Of a stretch of DNA of 64,000 nucleotides, positions 32,524-44,042 are shown piece after piece (position 1 is the stretch's first letter; every line of letters begins with the position of its first letter). The notes beneath the pieces are model-generated. The model was not told the origin of the DNA, did no database searches, and saw only the letters and a list, made by a program, of their open reading frames with translations. The stretch is taken from NCBI GenBank assembly GCA_000091205.1, contig AP006501.2; one strand, given 5' to 3'. This DNA comes from Cyanidioschyzon merolae. Lineage: Eukaryota. The translations under genes were made by a program, and so were the position numbers.

Positions 32524-34364
32524 CGTAGAAGAAAACCGGTTGACTCTAAGACGTGCGCAGATGCTCAGATACGTTGCTCAGCACACAAAGCGCATATACA
32601 CAACATTTGCCATGCACTTGGATACGCTTCACACTGCCGCACGCATGCATGCACGCAATGTCAAGTCCGCTGAGAGGCGCTTCGCGCGTGCAGAGCCGTT
32701 CGGAGGCGCACTCCAGATTTGGCGCGAAACGCGTGCAGTTTCGATTCCCTGAGACACGACAGCACCAAGGCGTGCGTCGGGATCGCAGCACCCGCGGAGG
32801 CAGATCGGAGCAAATGAGCCGGCGGTACCTGCCTGCAGGTCCGATGCAGACCATGTTTGTGTGTGTGCGCGCGCGTTTTTTTGCTGACTCACACAAGGCG
32901 ATAGGATACATGCCCCGCACATTTTGGCGAGCTTCGTGGACATGAAGCAGCATGTCAGGGCAGTATCCCTGACCAGGTGTCGAACGAACGCCGCTCTCTA
33001 TCGCGCGGATGACGTCTCGTCGTAGAACGCGATCAGGTACTACTCCTGCGGCGGAGAATTTTTTTTTACAGAAGCAGCGCCTTGCAATCCCAAGATCGCT
33101 TATAAAGCGCGTGATCTTTGAGCGTCCAGCAGAAGCATACAGAGAGTTGGATGTTCAGCAGGAACGCGCTTCGCGTGCGTGGACGCAGCCTCTACGAGCC
33201 TCTTGTTTGCGAGACCACTAACCTCAGGTTCATACATCGGAAAAGGTGTATCGGCATTGAGACAAGAATGGAAGCAAACGACCCAAAACTTTCGATTTGA
33301 TAGTTCCAGGTGCCACCATCCAGGTACACTGTGCTGGATTCGGACTTGCGATGTGTTTCCACAAACGATATGTGTCGCCTACTTTTCCAGAAGCTTTGGC
33401 AGTTACATCACGCAGCGCGGATTCAGCGTTTCTGTATCGCCTTCGCTATGCACAGCTGCATTCAGAGACCCAATGGGGGCAATCCATAATATTTTCAGTG
33501 ATATCGAATAATGCGACACCATTATCGTACACCATTTGCCGGGGAAAACAGATCATGTGTACTTAGAAGGCGCTCTTGCTTTTCTGGATTGCTGAACGGC
33601 GTCAAACCAGTTCCTGTCTCCAGGGGAAGATCTAGTGCCCTCTATCCTGGTCACTGACCATTTTCCAAGGTAAGCCTGCAGCGTTTGAGCACAATAGCCG
33701 CTCCGATTACAGAACGATTGCCTCGAATGTTCGCCCGACACGAAGCCGCTGGAAGCTCCCGAATCACAACGCATATCCGAATGTAGATCGAGGCGTTCAC
33801 GTCTTGGTAAAGATATTGTTTGCGCGCAATGCTGCTGGTGGAATCTCACACCATTGCGAACCGTTCACCCGCAATTACTCGTCATCTGAAGTTCGACCAG
33901 CTTGCATAAATGCCATCTCGTGTGTGCATCTCTTTTTCGCGCTCTTCCTCTATACCTGTTTCAGCGTGCGCTCGTGGTCATGATCCACGTATGTTGCCGT
34001 CAACGCATCCATGGGAATCGTACAGCATCGACTCCGGTACACGTTCAATGCTCTGGGCGAGGGTCAAGGATGTAGCGCCTGCGCCCAACACTCCATCCAG
34101 CGCCGTGGGCTGTCCCCAGACGACGCACCTCATCGGACCATGGCTTTTCCCACTCACGGAACAAATTCGCGAAAGCACCCTTCTTGCGTACGCAGAAACG
34201 AAACTCGTGGCGACCGCAGCGCGCACCTAAGCACTCCTAAAAAAATGATCCTCACTTGCGTTTCAATGCTCATGGACTCTCTGAATAAAATGTACAATGC
34301 AGCCCGCTTTGCTTGATGCGTGGTGCTCAGAGCGTCGAGACGAGTGCTGACGCCATCACTGCAC

Positions 34365-35904
34365 TTATCGGTATGCCTCCTGGCATCCGTCACACCGACT
34401 CCGGGTCGTAATGCTCCCTCGAAAAAACAGGTCGCATGGCATCTGCTGCTTCGAGCATCCATTATGTTGTGGCATGAAGCTTAGATCGAAATATTCCAGA
34501 TGAATATGGACAGCTAGCAGCCCTGCTTTCGGAATACCTACGATCTGTCGCTTGACGAGGAACGTCGAGGCGAGACAAGTTACGCTAGCCTTCATCGAGG
34601 GAGACGCTACAAAGCCCTTCATAACGTCCCGCATCTCGAAGTTCGCAAGATGCTCTCCGTCGATTTGTGTTCGTGCTGAGTTCACGAAAACGGTTTGAGA
34701 CGGATTCTTTCGCTCCGGCAGTTTTCCCGTTCTCGTCATCATCGTCCATTTTTGAGAAGTATCGTTCTGCTCTTGGTCTCGTACATCAATCGCCTTCTCC
34801 TTTACATCACTGAGTGGCATGAACCGGTTGCCATCCTCCAAAATCGTTTTCGATCGAGACTCAAAGGAATTGAGTGTAAGTTGGAACCGAATCTCACCTT
34901 TCCTATCAAAGCATCTGGGATTCCGCAAGCGCCGTATCAACTCATTCATGTTCGCGAGCAGACCCACGGAATGCAGCTCGCGTGTAGGTCCCGAACCCAC
35001 GCATCTGCGCACGAGCGGAGGAGTATCAGAGCAGTTCAGGGCTATTGAAAGTAGAAAACGAATTTTCCAAGGAACATTAGCTGAAGAACGGTGTCGCGGG
35101 TGCGAAAAACTCGTCTATGGAACCACGAGCATAAGAAAGGTACTTGCGAACAGCGAAAATGCTTGCGGCTGAATTGAAACCCGGGAAAAACGCTCGCACG
35201 AACAGCAGCTCAACACCGATCTCAGCTGCGTACTCCATGGTCGTGTTTGCGTGATGGAGGGCGAGTTTGCCAAGGTACAAGCTAAAAGGGTGTGGGAAGC
35301 AGAAGACCTCAATACTGCTTCGACGGAGAGTGATTTCTTGAACAACACCTGTCTGTTTGGAGATGTACGGGCGACTACATGATAGAATCGTCGCCTCGGC
35401 TAATGTTGTAAGGGTGCTCGCTTTTCCCTTCTTTGCAAACAGCGCTTTGCCGGTTACTGAACACCTGTACAAAGATCTACAATTTCTTCCGAGTGCAGCC
35501 GCATCGAGTGAGACGACCACGAATCCGTCCGGTGATAAGCGTTCGTGCTTCACGGTGGAATCGATTAAGTTTTGTTCCATACGCCATGGTCTCGCTCGGA
35601 AGCGTACCTTTGCCCTTGCCCATCGGCATACCTTCGTACCCACTCGTACCAACGGTACGAAATCTTTAGAAACTGTGGCATCTCCAATCGTTTCTCTTAG
35701 TGAACACATGGCGTGACCTTGATTGACAATGACACCTTCATGCAGAGCGTCTTTGACAAGCAATGTTTGGGGTGCACGACGTCCACTGTCTGAACTCCGC
35801 GATTGCATCGTGCATCTACCGCTTGACCGCAGGATAACTGAAATGTATCCATGAGTGTGTTTCCCGCATGCTTGCAGTCCCGGAATAAAGTCTTTCGCAG
35901 ACAT
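34365..35904 (-). CDS. Hypothetical gene, or possibly two genes (ORFs 35077..35904 and 34365..35012 in different frames). Function unknown.
   Basis: Two adjacent minus-strand ORFs (275 aa and 215 aa) have ordinary, non-repetitive composition. They lie in a lower-GC region. No domain was recognised. A frameshift or small intron could join them. Confidence 0.25.
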
Positions 35905-37012
35905 TTCTCCAGTCTACAGGAGCAACCCCCATTGTTCGATATTTGCGCGATAAGCAACCAAAATCAAAAAGGGCGTGCTGATACAGCTGTTCTAGAATGG
36001 ACTGCTCTGGGCGCAACGAACTTGGTGCAGCTGCAGGGCCGACGTCCTAACATAGCCACAGCCAAATTCATGCCGCTTACAGCCCGAGGCCAAGCACGTA
36101 TCCAGAGCCAAGAGTGCACCCATGCAGGTTCCAGCAGACTAGACACGCTAGAGTCATCAGCGCCCTATCCGGGGGGTTTAGTCTAAAAGCGATACGAGCA
36201 CGACATGGCGCCGCAGCGCTGGAGCCCGAGTTCAGTTCTCCACATAACCGTTCCAAAACAAAGTTTCACACCTCGCGCTCCGCGATCAAGGAGCCCCTAA
36301 ACCAGCGAAGTATGTTCCATGATACCGCGGCCTATATGCAGTTCACCATTTGCCTGCGGCACCGGGCCGGAAACACACTCTTAGCTTGTCCATGCAAGCC
36401 AGCAGACGACCATGTTGTGAGAACGTTCCGGGGCCAAGACCAATGCGAGTGCGACTAGTCCCATTCCCCCGGATACGCTTCGAGTGTCGACGCGCCTCGG
36501 TTACCTAGCCTCTGGATCGTGCACCTATCCACGTTTGCAGCTTTCAATGCTTTCGTCAGTATGCTGTAACCAGTCCGGTCTAGGCGCCTTTTTCATGACA
36601 GACTTGTCGGGAAGAAGTGAACTGTCGAAGTCCCATATACAAACTGTGAAACAGACGTTCAAGCGCAGAGAAGTTACGTGCACCCTGCAAACATCAAAAC
36701 TGACCCAGAAACGATGAAGTGTTTCTCTCTCTACACATTGAAAGATTCTATCGGCGTCATTTGGCCTCAACTTTTTCGCGAACACTCGAGCCTGCTATTC
36801 CATTCACGCGAGATCTCATATCATTAACCGACACGTTGCAGCGCCTAAAGTTGTGCCAGCACGCCTCACCTGCCTCAATACTGACCACGCTCGCAATATA
36901 CCTATAGGAACAGGCTGCAGTCATACCCAATACGTCGCGCCTTGGCGCTAGTTTGTTTCCGCGCACGCTTTTCATGGTATAGAATCAGTGCAATGAACCA
37001 GTATCTACGACG

Positions 37013-40000
37013 ATGGACACAGGTTGCCGGTACTCGGGGCGTAACGCTTTCCACCTCAGCAGAAAGGTGGGCCTGCAGCGCCCCCATAACGCGCGCTCGC
37101 TCCATCGGACGCTCCTCGAGTTGGTACGCTCCGTTGCGCATCAGGGACGGCGAGACGTGCCCTGCGAGTCCGAGGCACCCGTCACCGCTATGCGTTCAAG
37201 ATGCAAACTCTCTGAGTCCCCTTGCACTTCAGTGAACCCCCCAAAAAAGCTCAAGGTACCGCAGAAGAGAACTCCGTTCTGCCGTATGGGCACCTGCGCT
37301 CCGAGAGCGCTCAGCCGAAACCCTCCGGTGCACGTCGCACGACGGCTGCTGCAACGCCGGACATCCATCGCACGGCCGCACACAAGCCGTTCGTACTGGA
37401 GCCGTCAAGGAAGCCTTTTGGCGATAATCTGCTCTCTGAGTTTCTGCAAGTGCCTTTATCCTATGGACGCTTTCATTTGCGTGAAGATACACAGTACAGC
37501 TTTGGTGAGGTCACCGGCTTGGAACCTTTCCCGTTTCGATGGCAGACACAGCTGCGTATCCGGTTGGCGACGCAGCCGCGGACGCCGTACTGCGGAAACG
37601 CTTCGACTGTTGCAGGATGAGGACGCGGTGCCTGAACCGCGGACACAGAAGCAGTCGCCCTTCTCGGGGATAGCGACTAGTGAGTCGGTGCAAAATGTAT
37701 CCAAGTATGCGGAGGTTCTGCTCCAAAAGAATAAGGCACTCCAAAAGTGGTCGGAGAAGAGTCTGGAGCGAGAAAACCCCGGGGCAGGGACGACGCTGCT
37801 CGAGGACGTGGCTCACGACGCCACCAACGAGGAAACCTCAGCGCTCAGTGCAGAAGAATCAAAATTTGCCCCCAGGGGGAAACGGGGCCGCCGTCCTCAT
37901 CGGGAACAGAGGCCCGCTGGTTACTGGAACGCCGACAACGTCGTTCGTGAGGTTCTCGAGTTCGTGCGCTCGCGCCCAAACTCCGGAAACGGACCCCAAT
38001 ACATGCCCACTTCGAACGAGCTGCGAGAGGCAAAACGCTCTGATCTCGTTCGAGCCATCATTGTTCACGGGGGCTACGCGAAGGTAGCAGAGCGCTGTGG
38101 CCTCCAGCCGCATCGACGATCGTTTGGGTACTGGCGCAAGGACTTTAAGAACCTCGAACGAGAGATTTGGAGTTTTATAAGAGAACGTGACGGCCCCGAA
38201 GCAGTTCCTCGTGAATTTAGAGGCGATTCCTCAACAAGGTCACGTAGGAAGAGCACCGCCGATGCCAGCGCTTCACAGGCGACCCCAAATGAACCAACGA
38301 CTCGGCCGCGTATGCCTACCTACAATGAGCTCGTAGCAGCAAAGAAGCGGATTCTTGCTTACGCGATTGCGGAAAACGGTGGCTTTCTCGAGGTAGCCAG
38401 AAGAATGAACCTGCAGCTCAGCAGCGATGAGACCCCCTGGCGCGATCGCGATGCACTCGTTGCGGAGCTGCTGCGTCTTTTCCCGGACTTGATGGGAAAA
38501 CAGAAACGCTTTCCGCGGCAACAGGATCTCGTTCGACTTGGTCGTTATGACCTCGACTGGGCCATTCATCGTTGGCATGGCGGTTACACACGACTAGCTG
38601 CCGAGCTTGGATACCTGCGATCTCGGCTACCGTGCAAGCCGCGAAACTTTTGGTCTGATGAACGGAATTTAGAGAATGAGTTGCGAGCGCTGCTGCAAGC
38701 GAACAATATGGGTTGGCGGATGCCGAATCGAAAGGAGCTCGAGGCTCTCGACAGGCACGACCTGATCTACGCCATTCGCAAGTTCGGCGGTTTCCTCACG
38801 GTCGCAACGAAACTGGGGCTATCGCGGGATGCGCTTACTCATACGCGGCCTCGAGGGTACTGGTCGGATTTCGAAAATCTGCGCACTGAATTGCAAGCTT
38901 TTGTTCAAGAAAATGGCTATCCCGGCATTATGCCGCGCCTCGAGCAGCTTCGTATGTACAACCGGGAGGACCTGATCAATGCAATCCATCGCCACGGCGG
39001 AGCAGCGAATGTGGCACGCCGCTTGCATCTCTTCTGGTACGGCCCGAAGACTTTCTGGCGCAAGTTCGAAAACCTCGGACAGCGACTGAGGGCATTTTTG
39101 CACAAGTCGCGCTTTTCCCATGACAAGATGCCTACACAGCAGGAACTCATAAGCGCTGGACGTGTGGATGTGGCGTACGGTGTCCATCTGCACGGCGGTG
39201 TGTATGAGGTGGCACGGCGCCTTCGACTGCAGGTTCTCGATCCTCCGCGAGCGCCGTTCTACTGGAACGATATCCAGAACGTGGAGACGGAACTCATTGC
39301 TTTTGTTAACAGTGCAGTTCACGCCGCATGGATACAGAACGGTGTCATGCCCACGAGCATGACCATCGTTCGAAGTGGGCGGCGTGATCTCGCTGCCGCT
39401 ATCCGACGTCATGGTGGATGGGATGCGTTTGCTCGCCGTTTGAACCTGCGCCCAGCCGCACCCAAGCGCCCGAAAGGCTACTGGAATACCCTGCGCAACG
39501 TGGAAGCAGAGTTGCTGCTCTACGTACAACAACGCGAACAAGTGATTGCAGAGTTCGTGCGAAACTACGCTGCGGACTTTGTACGTCGCCCAGGAGACGA
39601 CGAAGACGACCCTGACGCAGCAGGAAAAATAGCATATTCCGATGTTTCTGAAATCCTCGCTGGGAACGTCGGCAACAAGCGCTGTCGCACTGTCGTGGGT
39701 GCGATACGCAACGGTGCGTACGTACCAGTGATGCCCACCGCTGAGGAACTTCGCCTCGACGGACGTGCAGACCTTGTTTTCGCCTGTGAACGCATTCATG
39801 GCGGGCTTGCTACTGTTGCCCGCGGTCTCGGGTGGCCACTACTCGCGGAGCGACTACCCCCTGAGTCGTTGAAGAAGGATCGCAACGTTCTCGTTCAGGC
39901 GCTGATGACCATGTGGATACCGATTTACGGGACTGCAGGTGAGATGCCCACTGAGGCAGATCTGTTACGAACCGGTGGAATCGACATCCATGAGGCTATT

Positions 40001-40189
40001 GTTTGCCATGGCGGCTACGTAGAGGTTGCACGCTCCTTGAATTTACGCCATCCGGAGGATCCAGAATGGACCGATTGGTCTGCGAAACGCTTCTCAAAGC
40101 AGCGCATGTCGCGGCCTTTGCAACCGCGATCGAAGAAGGGCTCCAAAGCATCTCCAGAAACGAGCGGTGATTCTGCTGATGAGGTCTGA
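37013..40189 (+). CDS. Large protein made of about 10 tandem ~68-aa modules of an unrecognised repeat family, with a low-complexity Arg/Ser-rich N-terminal 300 aa
   Basis: From aa 303 (nt about 37919) to about aa 1030 (nt about 40100) the sequence is built from repeated modules. Examples are PAGYWNADNVVREVLEFVRSRPNSGNGPQYMPTSNELREAKRSDLVRAIIVHGGYAKVAERCGL, RPRGYWSDFENLRTELQAFVQENGYPGIMPRLEQLRMYNREDLINAIHRHGGAANVARRLHL and RPKGYWNTLRNVEAELLLYVQQ. The consensus is [GF]YW.D..N.E.EL..F......G.MPT..EL...GR.DL..AI..HGG...VA..LGL. The true start is uncertain. Confidence 0.6.
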   Translation: MDTGCRYSGRNAFHLSRKVGLQRPHNARSLHRTLLELVRSVAHQGRRDVPCESEAPVTAMRSRCKLSESPCTSVNPPKKLKVPQKRTPFCRMGTCAPRALSRNPPVHVARRLLQRRTSIARPHTSRSYWSRQGSLLAIICSLSFCKCLYPMDAFICVKIHSTALVRSPAWNLSRFDGRHSCVSGWRRSRGRRTAETLRLLQDEDAVPEPRTQKQSPFSGIATSESVQNVSKYAEVLLQKNKALQKWSEKSLERENPGAGTTLLEDVAHDATNEETSALSAEESKFAPRGKRGRRPHREQRPAGYWNADNVVREVLEFVRSRPNSGNGPQYMPTSNELREAKRSDLVRAIIVHGGYAKVAERCGLQPHRRSFGYWRKDFKNLEREIWSFIRERDGPEAVPREFRGDSSTRSRRKSTADASASQATPNEPTTRPRMPTYNELVAAKKRILAYAIAENGGFLEVARRMNLQLSSDETPWRDRDALVAELLRLFPDLMGKQKRFPRQQDLVRLGRYDLDWAIHRWHGGYTRLAAELGYLRSRLPCKPRNFWSDERNLENELRALLQANNMGWRMPNRKELEALDRHDLIYAIRKFGGFLTVATKLGLSRDALTHTRPRGYWSDFENLRTELQAFVQENGYPGIMPRLEQLRMYNREDLINAIHRHGGAANVARRLHLFWYGPKTFWRKFENLGQRLRAFLHKSRFSHDKMPTQQELISAGRVDVAYGVHLHGGVYEVARRLRLQVLDPPRAPFYWNDIQNVETELIAFVNSAVHAAWIQNGVMPTSMTIVRSGRRDLAAAIRRHGGWDAFARRLNLRPAAPKRPKGYWNTLRNVEAELLLYVQQREQVIAEFVRNYAADFVRRPGDDEDDPDAAGKIAYSDVSEILAGNVGNKRCRTVVGAIRNGAYVPVMPTAEELRLDGRADLVFACERIHGGLATVARGLGWPLLAERLPPESLKKDRNVLVQALMTMWIPIYGTAGEMPTEADLLRTGGIDIHEAIVCHGGYVEVARSLNLRHPEDPEWTDWSAKRFSKQRMSRPLQPRSKKGSKASPETSGDSADEV

Positions 40190-40547
40190 TTCGTGCTCTC
40201 GTTTTCCGGGGGACACGTTCACACGTGTGAAGTACTCGTATCGAGCGGCAGATTCCGGTAGGTAGTGCGATTGCGATACGCCCCAGGGCATACAGAAGGC
40301 ATCTGTTTCGAAGCGGGGAATCCTCGCAATGAACCCGTCGCCGAGCGGCTCACGCTTACGAACCGAACCGCAGTGCGCAAGGCTTTGGTTCATGCGGGTC
40401 TTCCGGCTGGTGACCCTTGTCGTAGCGTGTTCTGCAAACAGACGATAGACGGTACAATATGATTACCTGCACGGACGTCTTAGACTCGATTTCGCCGTCT
40501 GAAAGGTTTTCGGGCCCGGAAGGCAAGTACGATGCGCTACACCGGAT

Positions 40548-41876
40548 TCAGATAAACATGGAACATTGACCCATCCGCTATGTTCCTTTTCATATGATTT
40601 TTTCTGAGCGATCTTAGATGCACCATTGGCATTCGAGGTGCAGCAGTAGGTGCGTACGGATTCATACGTGGTTTCGGGGCTCCAGCTTGTCTATTCAGTG
40701 TGCCGCTATCGACTAGTTGGTGCTGGAATTTTTTAGTGCGCTGGAATCAAAACATTACGTGTTGCTATCGAATACGGGATCGCAACAGAATACATGTCAC
40801 TGACCAAATCGTATGTACAAGCGTCCGCTCTCCTCCTTTGCTACCGTTTCGTATGCTTCAGTCACACAATCTTCGTGTTTTCCATCTTTCCGTATCACAG
40901 AGGCTCGTGAGTGCGGCTACTCGTACCGCCAGATTGACGCGGATAATACCTCGACAACGCCCCGTAGCGGCCGCTTTGTAAGCGCATCCCCAACAGTCAC
41001 TGAACCTGTCACGTCAAATGATCCTGATCGATTGAACGGCAAATCCGTCTGCCTTCGTGGGCATCGACGGAACTGCATTCACGCTCAGCTTGATCCATCT
41101 CACCGGGCTATGCTGGCAGGGTCTCCCGTCTCTCCTGCTAGAATGTGAGAGCATCGTCGACTAGGGCTTGGGTTAGCGCAGCGATCGCTTCCGGGGCGGC
41201 GAGCGCCTCACCGCTTCTGACCGAGTCAGCGTCGACGCATCGAGAATGCTCGACATCGTGCACCGACCTGGACTTTGCTGCAGATACCTCTATTATCCTG
41301 GATACGATCGCGTTCCGCATACGCTCTATCGAACGGAGCAGCGTGCGCTTTCGAGTGCAGCGGACAGCGTACTTGCCAAGCGTCCGCTCAGGAGTGGAAA
41401 CAGCGGCGGGTTCCATGTCGAACCTCGTTTACTGCGAATAGCACGAACACGGGCAAAGCGTGTAGGCATCACGCGCGATAGGGCGACGCTCGGATGACGA
41501 GGGTGTTTGGCGAACACACGGGAACGACTACCGTTATCCAAGCGTCGCTGCTGCAGCGCACGAATCTATTCTGTATACGAGCAAGATGAGCGCGACGAGG
41601 GAAGCGAAGCTCGTAACGTCCGCCTGGACGTGACCTGCATTGAGCACAGCCAAAAGCAACGAGACCGACACATGAGCGCTGCACTCCATGTCCTTCGACG
41701 AAGGAGAACGCTGCTGGCGTGAGAGGAAACGGAGGCGTATGGAAACACGGAGAGAAGCGAAAGGACCGAGAGGCAGTCGCACCAGAAACCGTAAGGGCTG
41801 GTCTTGACGACGCCCGAGAACACACTTAAACTTTAGCTCGCATACCCGCATAAGAGGTGCATTTTCATACTACGCT
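40548..41876 (+). repeat. 1.33-kb dispersed repeat, copy A. It is the direct-repeat partner of 60131-61452.
   Basis: tcagataaacatggaacattgacccatccgctatgttcc ... cttaaactttagctcgcatacccgcataagaggtgcattttcatactacgct is shared with copy B, with only a handful of substitutions. Flanks diverge immediately outside. No convincing protein domain was found in any frame. Confidence 0.85.
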
Positions 41877-42593
41877 GACATGGATGTAGAGTGCACCCCG
41901 AATGGAACCATCTGAACGCGCTCCACCTTGTTCTAATTTGGGTGCAGCACACGGGCTCACCACCTGTTCGAGACAAACGTTGCGAATGATCTGCAAGTGC
42001 GGCGCCCTACCAGTGCCTCTACGCATGGAGATTTCCATAGATATTCGAGCAGTTCTTGTAGGGCGCTCTAGCGCCATTACATGGAAAACATTCTGTGCTG
42101 CACACTCGAATCGGTGCCCTGGTTGAAACCAGTCATTCAGGATGCTGGAGCAACAACCATCTCAGCGGACATGGACCGAGCATCCCCGGTTCTAAAAGAA
42201 GCAGTGTTGCAGATCGGTGATACGGCAGGCCTCTCTAGAGAGTACCCAGACAGGCATGTATGAATCTGGGGTATTTTCGAATGCTTTCAGGACGATCATG
42301 ATGATGCGTTGCTTGCTCGGAAGCATCTGCAGCGTACCTGTTTGTGTACCAGCGCACGCGGGTGTGCGCCCTGTGCACCTGCGCAGCGACGTACGTGATT
42401 GTCTACCCAGGCCTCCTTGTCTGTTGTATCGTCACCGACTACTAGACGAGTTGCTGCACATGCGCAGCAGGAGAGAGGTCTCGTCGATGTAACAAGCTGG
42501 TGTGTTGAGCCCTGGTGAGCTGTTCACTGCGTTCTGTCTGGTTTCGTCGGGACTCTTGAACGCCCGGTTCGTCGTTGCTGAGTTTAACCAGCG

Positions 42594-43535
42594 ATGACGT
42601 TGCTGCACTTTAGAGGAAGGCGTCAAGCCGAGACCAGCCGCGCAAGCACCGAGATAAACTCTGAAAACCGCTCGCACTCTTCAACTGGTGGTGCTTTGAA
42701 TCCAAGCGAGGCGAACACAGAGCACGACGAGGTGATGGCGGAGCTTCACGACCTTCTGGTTCGTGAGCTGACCGATTGCGGTCTCATTGACTTGTTTACG
42801 TCGCAAAGCTTGCCTCAGTATGCATCAGAAAAGGATACCCTGACCGATGCAGGGTCAGAGAAGCAGCACAAAGCGACCGAGCTGGGAAACGGCGCCTCGG
42901 GCGGCGTGTTTCAACACTGGACCGGACCCTCGCGGCCTGCACCAGCTGACTTGTTAACCGTAGAGTCGCCACACGGTCGCACGGAGGAGCCAAGCGGTAA
43001 CCGCGGGTCCTTTCAGCGGGACGTACCGCCACTCGAGGACCAAAATGAGCCCATTTCCAGGGCTATGCAGCGCATCCGAGCTGCACTGCGACGCTGGAAA
43101 CCGCTCCACGGCGAGGTCGACCTCGAGACCCTCGAGCGCCTCAAGAACTCGATCGTTGAGCGCTCTGCCTGGTTTTTACGCGAGCAGGCAGAACAACGAG
43201 CCCGCTGGAAGGCAATGCGTCAAAACCCTGCCTATGTCGTTGAAGACTTTACAGCGAACCAGCGAACCTTCTTCTCATGGATTCGGACCAGTTTCCGTAT
43301 GGTCCTTACGGGAGCAGCCATTGGAAAGCTCTTGCACGGAACCAGCGTCATTATTCTCGGGGTACTGTATGCTGCCCTTGGCCTAATCTGCATTGCAGCG
43401 GGCACGATGCATTTTTACCATTGGCAGCGAACATTGTACAATCATCGATATTTGCGGGATTCGCGTCCTTTCATCGTGGTGTTCCTGGGAATCACTGCGA
43501 CCAGTGTCGTCGCTCTAATGGCTTGTTGGAAATAG
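42594..43535 (+). CDS. DUF202 (YidH-like) domain membrane protein, possibly VTC-family-like
   Basis: The C-terminal NQRTFFSWIRTSFRMVLTGAAIGKLLHGTSVIILGVLYAALGLICIAAGTMHFY matches the DUF202 consensus (ER.FLAW.RT.L.....G.A.) followed by hydrophobic helices. The ATG is at 42594. Confidence 0.5.
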   Translation: MTLLHFRGRRQAETSRASTEINSENRSHSSTGGALNPSEANTEHDEVMAELHDLLVRELTDCGLIDLFTSQSLPQYASEKDTLTDAGSEKQHKATELGNGASGGVFQHWTGPSRPAPADLLTVESPHGRTEEPSGNRGSFQRDVPPLEDQNEPISRAMQRIRAALRRWKPLHGEVDLETLERLKNSIVERSAWFLREQAEQRARWKAMRQNPAYVVEDFTANQRTFFSWIRTSFRMVLTGAAIGKLLHGTSVIILGVLYAALGLICIAAGTMHFYHWQRTLYNHRYLRDSRPFIVVFLGITATSVVALMACWK

Positions 43536-44042
43536 GTGCCAGCCCGGAGTAAGCGCCGCTGACCGTGACCCGACGCTGCACCACTGAGCGAGCGCATTCT
43601 CTTGTGCACATGCGAATGCGTCGCTATATCCGTATCGTATCGACCTGTATAATACTATCCATGACATTGCAGGCGCACCGCTGCAGCATTGGGCATCTGC
43701 TGACACCCGACTAGGCCAGGTGCGGTGTTGTCTTCAAGTGAATCTGGGTTACCACGGCGGATAAACATGCGAACCTCGACGACATTCCGGATCTGACTTG
43801 TTCCCCTCGCCCGCTCTGTCTACGGATGACGTCAACTCGACCAATGTGCAGCGCTTCTCCGCTCACAACCAGCGATGCTTCAGGCAAAGTCCTTCACCGT
43901 TATGCTCGATGCTGTGCGCATGCGGTTATTGGAAAAGGCGACCCCGATGCTGATACTCTGTTTCGTACATATCTCAGTGCATTGCGCTCTGGTCTGAATC
44001 AACGTCACTGGATATGTTCGTCGGCTTTGCCCAGAGAAACTG

